Positions 9,423 through 18,984 of a stretch of 64,000 nucleotides of DNA are shown piece after piece. The stretch lies in assembly GCA_022729235.1 (NCBI GenBank), contig JALDAJ010000001.1, positions 32,001 through 96,000 on the forward strand, in the 5' to 3' direction. The position numbers were made by a program, and so were the translations under genes. Position 1 is the first letter of the stretch. Each line of letters begins with the position of its first letter. The DNA comes from Candidatus Nanohalarchaeota archaeon. Lineage in GTDB: Archaea > Nanohalarchaeota > Nanosalinia > Nanosalinales > Nanosalinaceae. The notes under the pieces are model-generated. The model worked only from the letters and a program-made list of their open reading frames with translations, had not been told where the DNA came from and did no database searches.

Positions 9423-9553
9423 TGCGGCGTCGGGGATTTGAACCCCGGTTACGACCATGGCAAGGTCGTGTCTTAGCCACTCCAAAACGTCGGAGACGTT
9501 TTGTGCGAAGCTTGAACTCCGCACAGGAGCTTTAGCCACTGGACCAACGCCGC
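9423..9553 (-). tRNA. tRNA-Gly(GCC) with non-canonical D-loop intron (about 9474-9530)
   Basis: acceptor GCGGCGT/ACGCCGC, anticodon arm CGACC-TTGCCAT-GGTCG, T-loop TTCAAAT; 57-59 nt structured insert in the D-loop. Confidence 0.88.
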
Positions 9554-9603
9554 ATCTCATAGAGATGCTGGGAGCTGAAAACTCGTAAGAGTTTTCAACA
9601 CCG

Positions 9604-9663
9604 CGCAACTGCTGTCAGTTGCATCAACAGAAGCCACATTCGCTGGCGCGAAGTAGCTTTCAG
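9604..9663 (-). ncRNA. tRNA-associated two-hairpin module upstream of tRNA-Gly
   Basis: CTGA-stem-CTGTTGAT-GCAACTG ACAG CAGTTGC-G; homologous to 59898-59952. Confidence 0.6.
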
Positions 9664-9751
9664 GATAACATGTTGTTTTGAGATTGTTAGTTTCTTAAAT
9701 AGCTCGGGAGGGTGTGCAAGAAATTAAAGGTTGGGCAGGCATCCTGTTAGT

Positions 9752-10192
9752 ATGATGGATGAAGAAGAGTTCGAGGATTATCTTGTGGACAAGGCAAAGG
9801 AGATCCTTAACGAGGATATAACGGAATCTGAAGAGGTTGAACCAGAAACACCTCAGAAAGAAGATGTAGTCGATGAAGACGTCAAGGACAAGTCAGCAGG
9901 AAACATACCGTTTTCCTGGGACCCAAGAGAAGTAGAGCATCTCACCCGTAACAGGAAGAAGATGTCTAATGAAGACCTGAAGAAGTTCTTCGAGCGGGAT
10001 AGCGAGTTCCAGGAAAAATTGCAGGAAGTCGACAACTGGAAGGGTTTCACGCGCTGGGAAGAAAGATTGATGGTACAGCAACACTCCGTCAAGACCCCTG
10101 AGGAAATTGCCATGGATCTCGACCGGGATAAAAAAGAGGTGGAACTAAAAATGCATATGATGGGTTTGATCCCGAAAGATGAGCTACGATAA
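9752..10192 (+). CDS. hypothetical protein with two Myb/SANT-like HTH repeats
   Basis: WDPREVEHL and FTRWEERLM...EEIAMDLDR repeats; overlaps the nop5 start. Confidence 0.7.
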   Translation: MMDEEEFEDYLVDKAKEILNEDITESEEVEPETPQKEDVVDEDVKDKSAGNIPFSWDPREVEHLTRNRKKMSNEDLKKFFERDSEFQEKLQEVDNWKGFTRWEERLMVQQHSVKTPEEIAMDLDRDKKEVELKMHMMGLIPKDELR

Positions 10193-10922
10193 AAGGGATG
10201 AGGCGCTTGAAAGAGCGCGCGAAGAGTTATCCACGATCGACCGAGATAGACTTGTTGCGAAGGCAGTCATGCAACTTGAACAGGCAGAAAAGAATTTACG
10301 GGAGGAGATGGAGCGTTTCCGTGACTGGTATAGCCTGCACTTTCCTGAACTGGTTGACGAGGTAGAAGACAATGAGAAACTCGTGGAAATCCTGTCAGAA
10401 AACGCGGACCGGGACGAGCTTGACGCGTTCAGTTCGCTGGCGGAAAAAAGTAAAGGTGCAGACCTAAAAGAGGAAGACCTTGAGATAATAGAAGAAGTAG
10501 CCGAGAAACTTGAGAAAGACTTCGACTACCGGGAAAGCCTCGAAGAATACGTATTGGACGTGTGCGAGGAAGAGATGCCTAACCTTTCACAACTGCTTGA
10601 GCCTCTACTCGCCGCGAAACTTGTCGCGCTGGCAGGAAGCCTTGAAGACCTCGCGAAGAGCCCGGCGTCAACCATCCAGATGCTTGGTGCGGAGAAAGCC
10701 CTGTTCCGCTACCTCGGCGGGGAAGGAACTCCTCCGAAGCACGGCGTGCTGTTCGAGCACAGGTTCGTCCGCTCGCTCCCTGAAGGCGAGCGCGGGAAGA
10801 TGGCACGTTTCCTCGCAAATAAAGCTGCGATGGCGGCGAGACTCGACCAGTACGGGGACAAGCAGAAAGGCGGCGAACTCAGAAACGAGGCGCAGGAAAC
10901 GTATCAGGAGCTTAAAGGATAA
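10179..10922 (+). CDS. nop5: box C/D RNP protein Nop5 (short form)
   Basis: WYSLHFPEL, PASTIQMLGAEKALF and PKHG motifs. Confidence 0.95.
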   Translation: MSYDKRDEALERAREELSTIDRDRLVAKAVMQLEQAEKNLREEMERFRDWYSLHFPELVDEVEDNEKLVEILSENADRDELDAFSSLAEKSKGADLKEEDLEIIEEVAEKLEKDFDYRESLEEYVLDVCEEEMPNLSQLLEPLLAAKLVALAGSLEDLAKSPASTIQMLGAEKALFRYLGGEGTPPKHGVLFEHRFVRSLPEGERGKMARFLANKAAMAARLDQYGDKQKGGELRNEAQETYQELKG

Positions 10923-10955
10923 GCAATGAAATAGTTTGTCGACTGTAACTTGGGT

Positions 10956-11606
10956 ATGCAGCAGATCCAGACAGGTATCTTCAGGGAAAACAACAGACTC
11001 TATACAAGAAACGCTGTCCCTGGAGAAGACGTTTATGGGGAGAAACTTGTAGAAAGAAACGGCGAGGAGTACAGAGAATGGATGCCCGGCCGCTCAAAGG
11101 CAGGCGCTGCAGTTTTGAAAGGAGTTAACCTGGAGCTGGAGCCAGGGCATGAGGTGCTGTACCTCGGTGCTGCCTCAGGGACTACTGTTTCCCACTTCTC
11201 GGATATACTCACAGACGGGTTCCTGGTAGCGGTGGAGTACTCGCAGGATGTAGCTAAGAAACTCGTGAAACTGGCGGAGGACAGAGATAATATAGCTCCT
11301 ATAATCGGTGATGCGAGAAAGCCTAGAGAGTACAGCGACTTCGTAGAGCAAGCAGATATAGTGTACCAAGATATATCCCAGAAAGATCAGGCAGAGATAT
11401 TCAAGAAGAACTGCGATCGGTACCTGAAAGAAGACGGAACAGGGTTAATCGCGGTTAAGGCACAGTCAGTCTCATCAACGAGAGACCCAGTAGAAGTCTT
11501 CGAGGAGGTAAAGAATAAGCTTAGACAGAGGTTCGAGGTAGTTGAAGAAACAACACTGGAACCTCACGAGAAAGACCACCTCTTCCTGAAGCTGGAAAAG
11601 AAATAA
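10956..11606 (+). CDS. flpA: fibrillarin-like rRNA/tRNA 2'-O-methyltransferase
   Basis: VYGE, VLYLGAASGTTVSH and QDISQ motifs. Confidence 0.96.
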   Translation: MQQIQTGIFRENNRLYTRNAVPGEDVYGEKLVERNGEEYREWMPGRSKAGAAVLKGVNLELEPGHEVLYLGAASGTTVSHFSDILTDGFLVAVEYSQDVAKKLVKLAEDRDNIAPIIGDARKPREYSDFVEQADIVYQDISQKDQAEIFKKNCDRYLKEDGTGLIAVKAQSVSSTRDPVEVFEEVKNKLRQRFEVVEETTLEPHEKDHLFLKLEKK

Positions 11607-11612
11607 AGAAGT

Positions 11613-11822
11613 TCAGGCTCTGAGGCCTGGTATGAAGTCCCTGAACGACTGCCCTGCGATGTTCCTGTGGTAACCTCTCATGTCCTCGTAATCCGGGTCC
11701 GCACAGCAGCTGGCGTTCTGGTTGACTATCGGGAGAGTCCCAAGGATAGTGTGTTTTCCAGGCAGCAGGTTTTTCTCCACCCTATTTTCACAATTCAGAC
11801 ATCGAAACTCTATGTTTTCCAT
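11613..11822 (-). CDS. small Cys-rich hypothetical protein
   Basis: CLNC...CC; 69 aa. Confidence 0.6.
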   Translation of the reverse strand: MENIEFRCLNCENRVEKNLLPGKHTILGTLPIVNQNASCCADPDYEDMRGYHRNIAGQSFRDFIPGLRA

Positions 11823-11950
11823 TATTTCCCCTCACCTCGCATCCACGTATTCGCGAGACTTGGTTTATAAAGAAGCGGAGACTGTTCCGGAATTCCGGTA
11901 GACAGATTAGTTTTATATCAAACCGTGCAGAGACTCTTAACGTGGTATAG

Positions 11951-12094
11951 ATGACGAAATGGGAATGCCAGGACTGTGGGAACTCCGTCGAAGCCCCGAC
12001 CGAGCCGGAGCAGTGTCCCTGCGGTTCCGAGAATATCGAAGAGGTTGAAGAGCCGAGTCTTGTCGAGAGATTAAAAACTAAGATAGGGCTCTGA
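11951..12094 (+). CDS. rubredoxin-like/Zn-ribbon microprotein (47 aa)
   Basis: manually translated MTKWECQDCG...PEQCPCGS... Confidence 0.75.
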   Translation: MTKWECQDCGNSVEAPTEPEQCPCGSENIEEVEEPSLVERLKTKIGL

Positions 12095-12183
12095 TAACCA
12101 ATTAACCTCTCTAAATAAGTATTAGCAGTACTCTCTAGATCAGACTATACTAGCCATTTAAATATTTGAGATAAATTTGCCAT

Positions 12184-12723
12184 ATGAACGTAACAACTTC
12201 AGACATAGATTTTGTGGAATCTTATCCACCTGATGAGAAGGGATCTTTCTGTGAAATATATCTCAGACCCAACTCAGTTTTAAAGAGAACCTCTAAAGTA
12301 ACTGAAAACCAGTTAGAACACAGTATCTCTGAATTACCTCATTTTACTCCCGATACCGGCTATACACGTCCAGACTCTGATTTTCTAATAATCAAACAGG
12401 AAAGAGTCGATCAAGTTTACAGACCTGAAAACAGAGAGGAACTTGATACTTTTCTAGAGGATACTCTTGAAATAGTCAGAGAGTCATTCACAAGAGACCT
12501 AAAATTAGACTATAAACCACCCAACTTTGGTCAATTTAATGGAGAAGCACTCTATATAGATAACCACGATATCGGATCATTTCTGAACACAGAAAACCCT
12601 TTCAGCGAAATGGCTCATCAATTGAAAAGACACCTAGAAAACCAAGATTACTACTCCGCGACGATACCTTCACCAGAGGAAATAAACTCTTACTGGTGCT
12701 CTACATCTCCGCTTGCTCCTTAG
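12184..12723 (+). CDS. minimal protein-kinase-like fold protein
   Basis: KGSFCEIY, VLK, DYKPPNFG and YID motifs. Confidence 0.6.
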   Translation: MNVTTSDIDFVESYPPDEKGSFCEIYLRPNSVLKRTSKVTENQLEHSISELPHFTPDTGYTRPDSDFLIIKQERVDQVYRPENREELDTFLEDTLEIVRESFTRDLKLDYKPPNFGQFNGEALYIDNHDIGSFLNTENPFSEMAHQLKRHLENQDYYSATIPSPEEINSYWCSTSPLAP

Positions 12724-13444
12724 CCCAGTCGTAGCCCTCGTCTTCCAGGCGGTGAGCGAGTTCAGGTCCACCAGACTCGACTATCTTCCCGTCAACCATG
12801 ACGTGGACGTGGTCCGGTTTCACGTAGTCGAGGATGCGCTGGTAGTGGGTTATCATCAGCAGTCCGATTTCCTGCTCCTCGGCGACTGTGTTTATACCCT
12901 CAGAAACAACTTTCAACGCGTCGATATCTAGCCCTGAATCGATTTCATCGAGAACCGTGTATTTCGGCTCCAGAACGGACATCTGGAGTATCTCGTTCCG
13001 CTTCTTTTCTCCACCAGAGAAGCCTTCGTTCAGGTAGCGCCGGGCGTATTCATCGTCCATGTCAAGAAGGTCAAGCTTTTCTCTTAGGTGCTCTCTGAAC
13101 TCGGAGCTTCCCATAGGTTCATCCCGTCTTTCATCAAGAGCCTCTTTCAGGAACTCTGCAACTGTAATTCCTGATATCTCGCTAGGGTACTGGAACGCGA
13201 GGAAAAGTCCTTCTTCAGCTCTTTCATCGGCTTCTTCATCCGTGACCTCTTCACCGTCAATAATGATCTTTCCAGCATCTATCGAGTACTGAGGATTACC
13301 CATAAGCGAGTGCGCAAGTGTCGATTTACCGGAGCCGTTCGGACCCATCAACGCGTGGATCTCACCCGGCTTGACTTCCAGGTTTACGCCTTTGACAATT
13401 TTCTCGCCCTCGATAGAAACCTCCAGATCTTTTATCTCTAACAT
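12701..13444 (-). CDS. sufC: Fe-S cluster assembly ATPase SufC
   Basis: GPNGSGKST, FLAFQYP and FSGGEKKRNEILQ motifs. Confidence 0.97.
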   Translation of the reverse strand: MLEIKDLEVSIEGEKIVKGVNLEVKPGEIHALMGPNGSGKSTLAHSLMGNPQYSIDAGKIIIDGEEVTDEEADERAEEGLFLAFQYPSEISGITVAEFLKEALDERRDEPMGSSEFREHLREKLDLLDMDDEYARRYLNEGFSGGEKKRNEILQMSVLEPKYTVLDEIDSGLDIDALKVVSEGINTVAEEQEIGLLMITHYQRILDYVKPDHVHVMVDGKIVESGGPELAHRLEDEGYDWAKEQAEM

Positions 13445-13492
13445 AGTGTTTTAGGTAGGCCTAAACTTTCTTAACGTGCCGGGTCCTGAAGT

Positions 13493-14128
13493 TCACTTCT
13501 CTCCCCGCATCTCTTCCTTGAAACGTTCCACGTATCTCTTGACGTACTTGTGGCGGTCCTCCGCAATCTCTCTTCCGGCGTCCGTATACATCCTGTCCTT
13601 GAGACCCAGTATCTTCTTCTGCAGGTGGTTTAGAGAAGTCTCCCCGGAATCGGATTCGTCATGTTCGACAGGCAAGCCAGGGTCTGCGATGACTCCACGG
13701 TTCTCCCCGCCGTACGTGAAAGTCCTTGCGATTCCGGTGGCACCGAGCGCGTCCAGGTTGTCGGCGTCAGATAGGACTTTAGCCTCAAGAGTCCCGGGCT
13801 CAGGTCCTCCCGAATACCGGTGCGAGCGGACGCAGTGCTTTACCTTCTTAATTGTACTTTCACCGTAACCGAGGTCACTCAACACTGTTTCTGCCTCATC
13901 GGCACCCCACTCCGCGTGGTCATTGATTTCTCCATCGTCTTCGAGCCCCCTGCCTATATCATGGAGCAGCGCCGACAGCCTCACTGTCTCGAGGTCTGCC
14001 CCCTCATCTCTCGCGAGCTTCTCCGACAGATTGTAGACTCTCATGACGTGAAACCAGTCGTGGGCAGGATTAACATCGCCAAAATATTCTTTTGCCCTCT
14101 TTTTGACATCTTCAAATCCTGAGTCCAT
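13493..14128 (-). CDS. HD-domain protein (YedJ-like)
   Basis: AHDWFHVMRV, LLHDIG and DADNLDALGA motifs. Confidence 0.9.
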   Translation of the reverse strand: MDSGFEDVKKRAKEYFGDVNPAHDWFHVMRVYNLSEKLARDEGADLETVRLSALLHDIGRGLEDDGEINDHAEWGADEAETVLSDLGYGESTIKKVKHCVRSHRYSGGPEPGTLEAKVLSDADNLDALGATGIARTFTYGGENRGVIADPGLPVEHDESDSGETSLNHLQKKILGLKDRMYTDAGREIAEDRHKYVKRYVERFKEEMRGEK

Positions 14129-14154
14129 GAACCAGCTTCAAACTACAACCATTT

Positions 14155-14508
14155 TCAGTCTTTCTCCAGCGCCTCTTGAACAGTCTTTAAACCCAGTACT
14201 GCGCATTTGACTCGCATCGGCGAGATCTCGATACCTAGCTTGTCTATCATCCAGTCTCTGTTAAGTTCCTTGACCCTATCTACATCTACGCCTTCTATCT
14301 CTTCACTCAGTACAGAAGCTCCAGCAGTCGATATAGCGCATCCGTCGGTCTCGTGCCTCATCTCCTTTAGTTCTCCGTCTTCAACGTGGACGTAGACGTG
14401 ACAGTGGTCGCCGCAGCTCGAGTTCTCTCCTTCCGCTTCCAGCGCGTTCTCAAGAGTCCCGAGGTTCCGCGGGTTTTTGTAGTGGTCGAGTATCTCGTCC
14501 CTGTACAC
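14155..14508 (-). CDS. sufU: Fe-S scaffold/sulfurtransferase SufU
   Basis: ILDHYKNPRN, CGD, GCAIS and RVKC motifs. Confidence 0.95.
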   Translation of the reverse strand: MYRDEILDHYKNPRNLGTLENALEAEGENSSCGDHCHVYVHVEDGELKEMRHETDGCAISTAGASVLSEEIEGVDVDRVKELNRDWMIDKLGIEISPMRVKCAVLGLKTVQEALEKD

Positions 14509-15686
14509 TACCGGAACACCTCACGGACTTTTCTTATCGCTTCAAGGAATTTTTCCACGTCCTCCTCAGTGTTGTATAGGTACGGCGAGGCGCGGGCGGT
14601 CGCGGAAACGCCGAGTTTCTCCATAAGCGGCTGGGCGCAGTGGTGACCAGCACGAATCGCCACATCCTCCTGGTTGAGTATCTCGGAGATGTCGTGAGGG
14701 TGCGCCTCCTTCATCGTGAACGAGACAAGACAAGCACTCTCAGGAGAAAGAACTTTGACTCCGTCGATTTTCGCCAGCCCTTGAATCATCTGTTCCGCAA
14801 GTTCTTTCTCGTGTTCCTGGATATTCTCAAGTCCAACGTTTTCAAGGTATTCGATAGCCTCTGCAAGCCCTACTGTTCCGGCGATGTTTGGCGTCCCGGC
14901 TTCGAACTTCTGCGGCGACTCCTCCCACTGTGTCTCATCGCGCTTGACCGTTCTTATCATACCTCCACCTGTCTGGTACGGCTCCATCTCTTCGAGCAGC
15001 TCTTTCCTCGCGTAAAGAACTCCAATTCCTGTCGGTCCGAGCATCTTGTGACCGGAGAACACGAGGAAGTCCACATCGAGTTCTTTCACATCAGTAGGTA
15101 TCCTCGGTACTGACTGCGCGCCGTCGACCATTATGTAAGCATCGTTTTTGTGCGCCAGTTCTGCCAGCTCTTCTACCGGGTTATCGTTGCCGTACACGTT
15201 GGATACGTGAGAAACTGATACCAGTGCCGTATCCTCATCGAACATCTTTTCTGCGGCTTCGAGGTCGATACCGTTTTCGTCCGCAGGTATGAACTCGAAC
15301 TCCAGCCCTTCTTCCTCCGCTTTTCTTCTCCAAGGCAGCTGCTCTGAGTGATGTGCAGTCTCCGGCACCAGTATCTTTCCATCGAGTTCAAGCGAAGAAG
15401 CAACGAGGTTGATAGACTCGGTAGCGTTCCGGGTGAAGACTATCTCGTCCTTTCTCCCGCCGATGAAATCCGCGACTTTTTTCCGCGAGTTCTCGTACGC
15501 CTCCGTCGCGCGGTATCCAAGTTCGTGTAGCGAGCGGCCAATATTCGCGTTCTCCTCCCTGTAAAACCTGTTGACTCTCTCGATTACCCGCTCCGGGGTC
15601 TGCGTGGTCGCAGCGTTGTCAAGATAGGTAAGTTCCGGCTTCTCCTGGAATACAGAGAAGTCTTTCTTCAGTTTTTCCGAATTCAT
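14508..15686 (-). CDS. sufS: cysteine desulfurase SufS
   Basis: YLDNAAT, SGHKMLGPTG and RAGHHCAQP motifs. Confidence 0.96.
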   Translation of the reverse strand: MNSEKLKKDFSVFQEKPELTYLDNAATTQTPERVIERVNRFYREENANIGRSLHELGYRATEAYENSRKKVADFIGGRKDEIVFTRNATESINLVASSLELDGKILVPETAHHSEQLPWRRKAEEEGLEFEFIPADENGIDLEAAEKMFDEDTALVSVSHVSNVYGNDNPVEELAELAHKNDAYIMVDGAQSVPRIPTDVKELDVDFLVFSGHKMLGPTGIGVLYARKELLEEMEPYQTGGGMIRTVKRDETQWEESPQKFEAGTPNIAGTVGLAEAIEYLENVGLENIQEHEKELAEQMIQGLAKIDGVKVLSPESACLVSFTMKEAHPHDISEILNQEDVAIRAGHHCAQPLMEKLGVSATARASPYLYNTEEDVEKFLEAIRKVREVFR

Positions 15687-15724
15687 AGGACAGGCTTTAC
15701 AGTCAAATCTTTTTAGCTGTTTAA

Positions 15725-16105
15725 CTAGAGCCGGTCCCAGTCAATAACTTCAACGCCTTCAATTCTTTTGAAGTGTTCAGCGTTTGCGGTCAGGATTTTT
15801 TCATTGTATTTCAACGCGGTCGCTGCTATGTATATGTCGTTTATTTCTATTCTTTGACCGGATTCTATAAGATCCGCCATTATTTCTCCTGCTTTATCTG
15901 CTACTTCTTCACCTATAGGTATCACTTCTAGATTCTGGCCTATCCTGTCAAATTTTGAGTCAGGAGCGTTGTTCAGGTATTTTCCCGTCGATAGCTCCAT
16001 GTATGCTGCTGAACTGATAGAGTGTTTTCCCTCCGGCAGTTTCTGAAGCTTCTCAACACCTTTCCCCCGATCAAGATCAACGAGTACAGAAGAATCAATT
16101 ATCAT
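15725..16105 (-). CDS. VapC-family PIN-domain toxin
   Basis: IIDSSVLVD and DIYIAATA...LTAN..HF motifs. Confidence 0.92.
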   Translation of the reverse strand: MIIDSSVLVDLDRGKGVEKLQKLPEGKHSISSAAYMELSTGKYLNNAPDSKFDRIGQNLEVIPIGEEVADKAGEIMADLIESGQRIEINDIYIAATALKYNEKILTANAEHFKRIEGVEVIDWDRL

Positions 16106-16320
16106 GCATGTTCATCCTCTAAACTGTCGAAATTCTCATCTGATGCCTCTTTAACACCTTCTTTAACTTTCTCCCATTCGTACGAGACACCCGTATCCTT
16201 CAGCTCTTCGAAGTCGGTCTCATCCCTCATATCCCGTATCAACTCAGAGAAGCTTCTATCCCCCTTCTTCTTTTTCATCCACTCATACACATCATCAGCG
16301 ACAGAAATCGTCCTCGCCAT
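16102..16320 (-). CDS. VapB-like antitoxin (DUF217 type)
   Basis: RTISVADDVY...SFSELI; overlaps the PIN gene. Confidence 0.88.
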   Translation of the reverse strand: MARTISVADDVYEWMKKKKGDRSFSELIRDMRDETDFEELKDTGVSYEWEKVKEGVKEASDENFDSLEDEHA

Positions 16321-16416
16321 ATATACATATGTGCAAACAGATTTTTAAATAAATTTCTCTGGAGCAGTAGACGCCTAAATCGTCCGAACTGGCTCGAAAA
16401 ATATTTCTGATCAAGA

Positions 16417-17538
16417 CTAATTCTGGAGCTTTTTCTCGACTTCCTCTCTGACTGTTTCTTTGAGCTGTGGTAGTTCGATTTCTTCCATGACGGGCTCGAA
16501 GTAGCCTTTCACAACGAGTCTTCTCGCTTTTTCCTCGCTTATTCCCCGGGACTTCATGTAGTGGAGCTCTTCTTCAGGGACTGTTCCTGACGAGGCGGCG
16601 TGTGACGCCTCGACATCCGGGTCTTCTATCATGAGCTTCGGCGAGGCATCAGATTCTGCCCGGTCAGAGAGCATCAGTGTTTTCTGATCCTGGAAGCTTT
16701 TCGTGTCGTCCGCCGAGTCCTGGACCTGTTGAAGTCCCTCGTAGACACTTCTTGAGGTATCGTCGACAACTGCACGTGAATCCATGTCACAGCTCGTGTT
16801 CTCGCCGATGTGGTATGCCTGGAGCGAGATGTCGATGTGCTGTTCACCGACAGGGTACCATACGCCAGTCTTGTCGACGGAAGAGTTGTCGCCTTTCAAT
16901 ACTGTTTCTATCCTCGTCCTGTTGAGGTCGCCGCCGAACATCGAGTTTAACCAGTCGATCGATGCATCTCTACCGAGGACAGCTTTCCTTATGCTGTAGC
17001 TGAACCCGCTTTCAACAGATTCTACTGCTCCGTAGCTCATCGTAGTGTTATCGCCGAGGTAGAACTCGTTTATCGATGTCTGGATCTCAGGATTTCCGCG
17101 GAACTCCTCCGTCAAGGCGAGCTCGGAGCTCTGCGCGGTGTCAACTACCAGGTGTGCAAAAACAGGAGAGTTTTCCTCGTAAGTTATGTTTACTTCCGCC
17201 TCACCTTCAACCTCAAGGTAAATCAGAGAGTTCATCATCACGGTGTGTAGCGCAGTAATCCTGTTCTCATCTCTTTTCACAGCATCCAGCAGATTTTCTC
17301 CTGCTTTCTCAAACGCCTCCGCGTTCCTGTAGACCTTTACGTCGCCTTCAGACTCAATCTCAGGCTCTACATCCTGTACGGCATCCAGCTCTTCCTCCAG
17401 GTTCTTCGGATAGCGTGTCCACGTCCTTCCTGGCGTCCTGATGCTTTCAGGGAGATTGAGTCTCTCAAAGTCTTCACGCGCCTTCTGCCGTAGTTCAGCA
17501 TCACCGCTGCCGAAACTGTATTTCAGTAGCTGGCTCAT
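16417..17538 (-). CDS. sufD: Fe-S cluster assembly protein SufD
   Basis: beta-helix repeats, VEASHAAS and YMKSRGI motifs. Confidence 0.92.
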   Translation of the reverse strand: MSQLLKYSFGSGDAELRQKAREDFERLNLPESIRTPGRTWTRYPKNLEEELDAVQDVEPEIESEGDVKVYRNAEAFEKAGENLLDAVKRDENRITALHTVMMNSLIYLEVEGEAEVNITYEENSPVFAHLVVDTAQSSELALTEEFRGNPEIQTSINEFYLGDNTTMSYGAVESVESGFSYSIRKAVLGRDASIDWLNSMFGGDLNRTRIETVLKGDNSSVDKTGVWYPVGEQHIDISLQAYHIGENTSCDMDSRAVVDDTSRSVYEGLQQVQDSADDTKSFQDQKTLMLSDRAESDASPKLMIEDPDVEASHAASSGTVPEEELHYMKSRGISEEKARRLVVKGYFEPVMEEIELPQLKETVREEVEKKLQN

Positions 17539-18935
17539 CCGAGAGAGCCCTCCATTTCAAGCTCGATGAGGCGGTTTAGTTCGACCGCGTATTCGAGAGG
17601 CAGTTCTTTTGCGATCGGCTCGATGAATCCGCGGACGATCATCTCCTTCGCTTCTTCTTCCTCTATCCCACGGCTCATAAGGTAGTATATCTCTTCGTCG
17701 CCGATACGCCCGACCGTTGCTTCGTGGGCGATCTCGACGTCGTCCTCCTTGACCTCGATGTAGGGTTCGGTGTCGCTCGTTGCCTCGTCGTCAAACATCA
17801 GGGCATCGCACTCGATAGAGAGTTTACTGCCATGACTTCCTTTAGGGACTCGTACAAGCCCGCGGTAGTTCGTTCTTCCGTCGCCCTGTGATATCGATTT
17901 GGATTCGATGGTTGAGTTGGTGTTCGGCGCGTTGTGGACTACTTTCGCGCCCGTGTCGATGTCCTGTCCGTCTCCTGCGTAGGCGATAGTTATGTGGTTC
18001 GCCTTCGCACCTTCTCCGTTGAGGTGGCTGGAGGGGTAGAGCATCGTTACCTTGGATCCCATGGAGCCTGATACCCATTCCATCGTCCCGTTCTCCTGTA
18101 CCTTGGCACGTTTAGTATTCAGGTTGTATGTGTTCTTCGACCAGTTCTGGACGGTTGAGTACTGGACGTGTGCGCCCTCGCCGACGAAGACTTCGACGCA
18201 ACCCGCGTGAAGATTCGAGCGGGTGTACTGCGGAGCGCTGCACCCCTCGATGTAGTGAACTTTCGAGTTCTCTTCTGCGATTATCAGGGTGTGTTCGAAC
18301 TGCCCCATTCCTTTCTGGTTCATGCGGAAGTACGCCTGTACCGGGATCTCGACTTCCACGCCCTCTGGAACATAGACGAACGAGCCCCCGCTCCAGACCG
18401 CGCCGTGCAGAGCCGCGAACTTGTTGTCCTGCGGAGGGACGCACTTGGTCATGAAGTATTCTTTCACTAGTTCCGGGTGTTCTTGTACTGCTTTATCCAT
18501 GTCGCAGAAGATGACGCCTTTCTCCTCCCATTCCTCTTTCATGTTCTGGTATACTACCTGGGACTCGAACTGCGCTCCCACCCCCGATAATGCCTCGCGT
18601 TCCGCCTCCGGAATCCCGAGCTTGTCGAACGTTTCCTTGATTTCCTCCGGTACTTCTTCCCAGTCGTCGCTCTGTTCGGCGTCCGGTCTCACGTAGTGAG
18701 ATATCTCTTCAAAATCAAGTTCTGAAAGATCTGGTCCCCAGTCCGGCATCTCGCGTTTTTCAAAATGACGGAACGCCTTCAACCGGCGTTTTTTCATCCA
18801 TTCCGGCTCGTCCTTGTCCTCGGAGATAGCTTTTATCGTGTCCTCCGTCAGCCCTTTTCCTGCGTCAAATGCTTTCTCGGTTTCAACGCGGTGCTCGAAA
18901 CGTTCCTGGTTCTTCTCGATATTTTCTTCCGGCAT
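17535..18935 (-). CDS. sufB: Fe-S cluster assembly protein SufB
   Basis: GQFEHTLI, YIEGCSAP and HEATVG motifs. Confidence 0.97.
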   Translation of the reverse strand: MPEENIEKNQERFEHRVETEKAFDAGKGLTEDTIKAISEDKDEPEWMKKRRLKAFRHFEKREMPDWGPDLSELDFEEISHYVRPDAEQSDDWEEVPEEIKETFDKLGIPEAEREALSGVGAQFESQVVYQNMKEEWEEKGVIFCDMDKAVQEHPELVKEYFMTKCVPPQDNKFAALHGAVWSGGSFVYVPEGVEVEIPVQAYFRMNQKGMGQFEHTLIIAEENSKVHYIEGCSAPQYTRSNLHAGCVEVFVGEGAHVQYSTVQNWSKNTYNLNTKRAKVQENGTMEWVSGSMGSKVTMLYPSSHLNGEGAKANHITIAYAGDGQDIDTGAKVVHNAPNTNSTIESKSISQGDGRTNYRGLVRVPKGSHGSKLSIECDALMFDDEATSDTEPYIEVKEDDVEIAHEATVGRIGDEEIYYLMSRGIEEEEAKEMIVRGFIEPIAKELPLEYAVELNRLIELEMEGSLG

Positions 18936-18984
18936 GTTAGTTTTAGGTACGCCTAAACCTTTAAATCTGCTGAACGTTTCCGGT

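Noticed and set aside
9408-9608. ORFs overlapping tRNA loci (also 59825-60115, 60222-60446, 60237-60530)
   Set aside because: They overlap tRNA genes and structured RNA.
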